NCBI RefSeq assembly: GCF_000281045.1
Contig: NW_008246178.1
Coordinates: 115,347 to 135,346 of the forward strand
Direction of reading: 5' to 3'
DNA: 20,000 bases
Source: Saprolegnia diclina VS20
Lineage: Eukaryota
Positions 19,934 through 20,000 of this stretch are shown here, piece by piece. Position 1 is the first letter of the stretch. Each line of letters begins with the position of its first letter. The translations under genes were made by a program, and so were the position numbers. The notes under the pieces are model-generated. The model made no database searches and was not told the origin of the DNA. It worked only from the letters and a program-made list of their open reading frames with translations.

Positions 19934-20000
19934 AAACAAGTGCGTACTAGCTGCCTATAAACGCAACTCAAATAGCATATCCAATTGCGCTCGTATACTC

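Overview
Eukaryotic, GC-rich and gene-dense DNA with many short (about 40-52 nt) GT-AG introns. It is most consistent with an oomycete, probably Saprolegniales (inferred from gene content and style, not from a database search). After manual splicing the window holds: the 3' part of a neurofibromin-like RasGAP gene with a C-terminal START-like lipid-binding domain, a small multi-TM membrane protein, XRCC3, a small Ser/Pro-rich protein, a large multi-exon EF-hand protein, a single-exon coiled-coil protein, a large helical (ARM/HEAT-like) protein and two tail-to-tail SWEET/MtN3 sugar transporters. A decayed region around a 495-N assembly gap carries a frameshifted ankyrin/TRP-like fragment and a disrupted 3' fragment of GCN1. 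The most interesting points are the RasGAP-START fusion, the SWEET pair with overlapping stop codons and a shared intron position, promoters built from CCAAT boxes about 30 bp apart plus CHR-like TTYRAA motifs, and a cluster of Myb-like AACCG sites upstream of one SWEET. No prokaryotic system, CRISPR array, rRNA or tRNA was seen.
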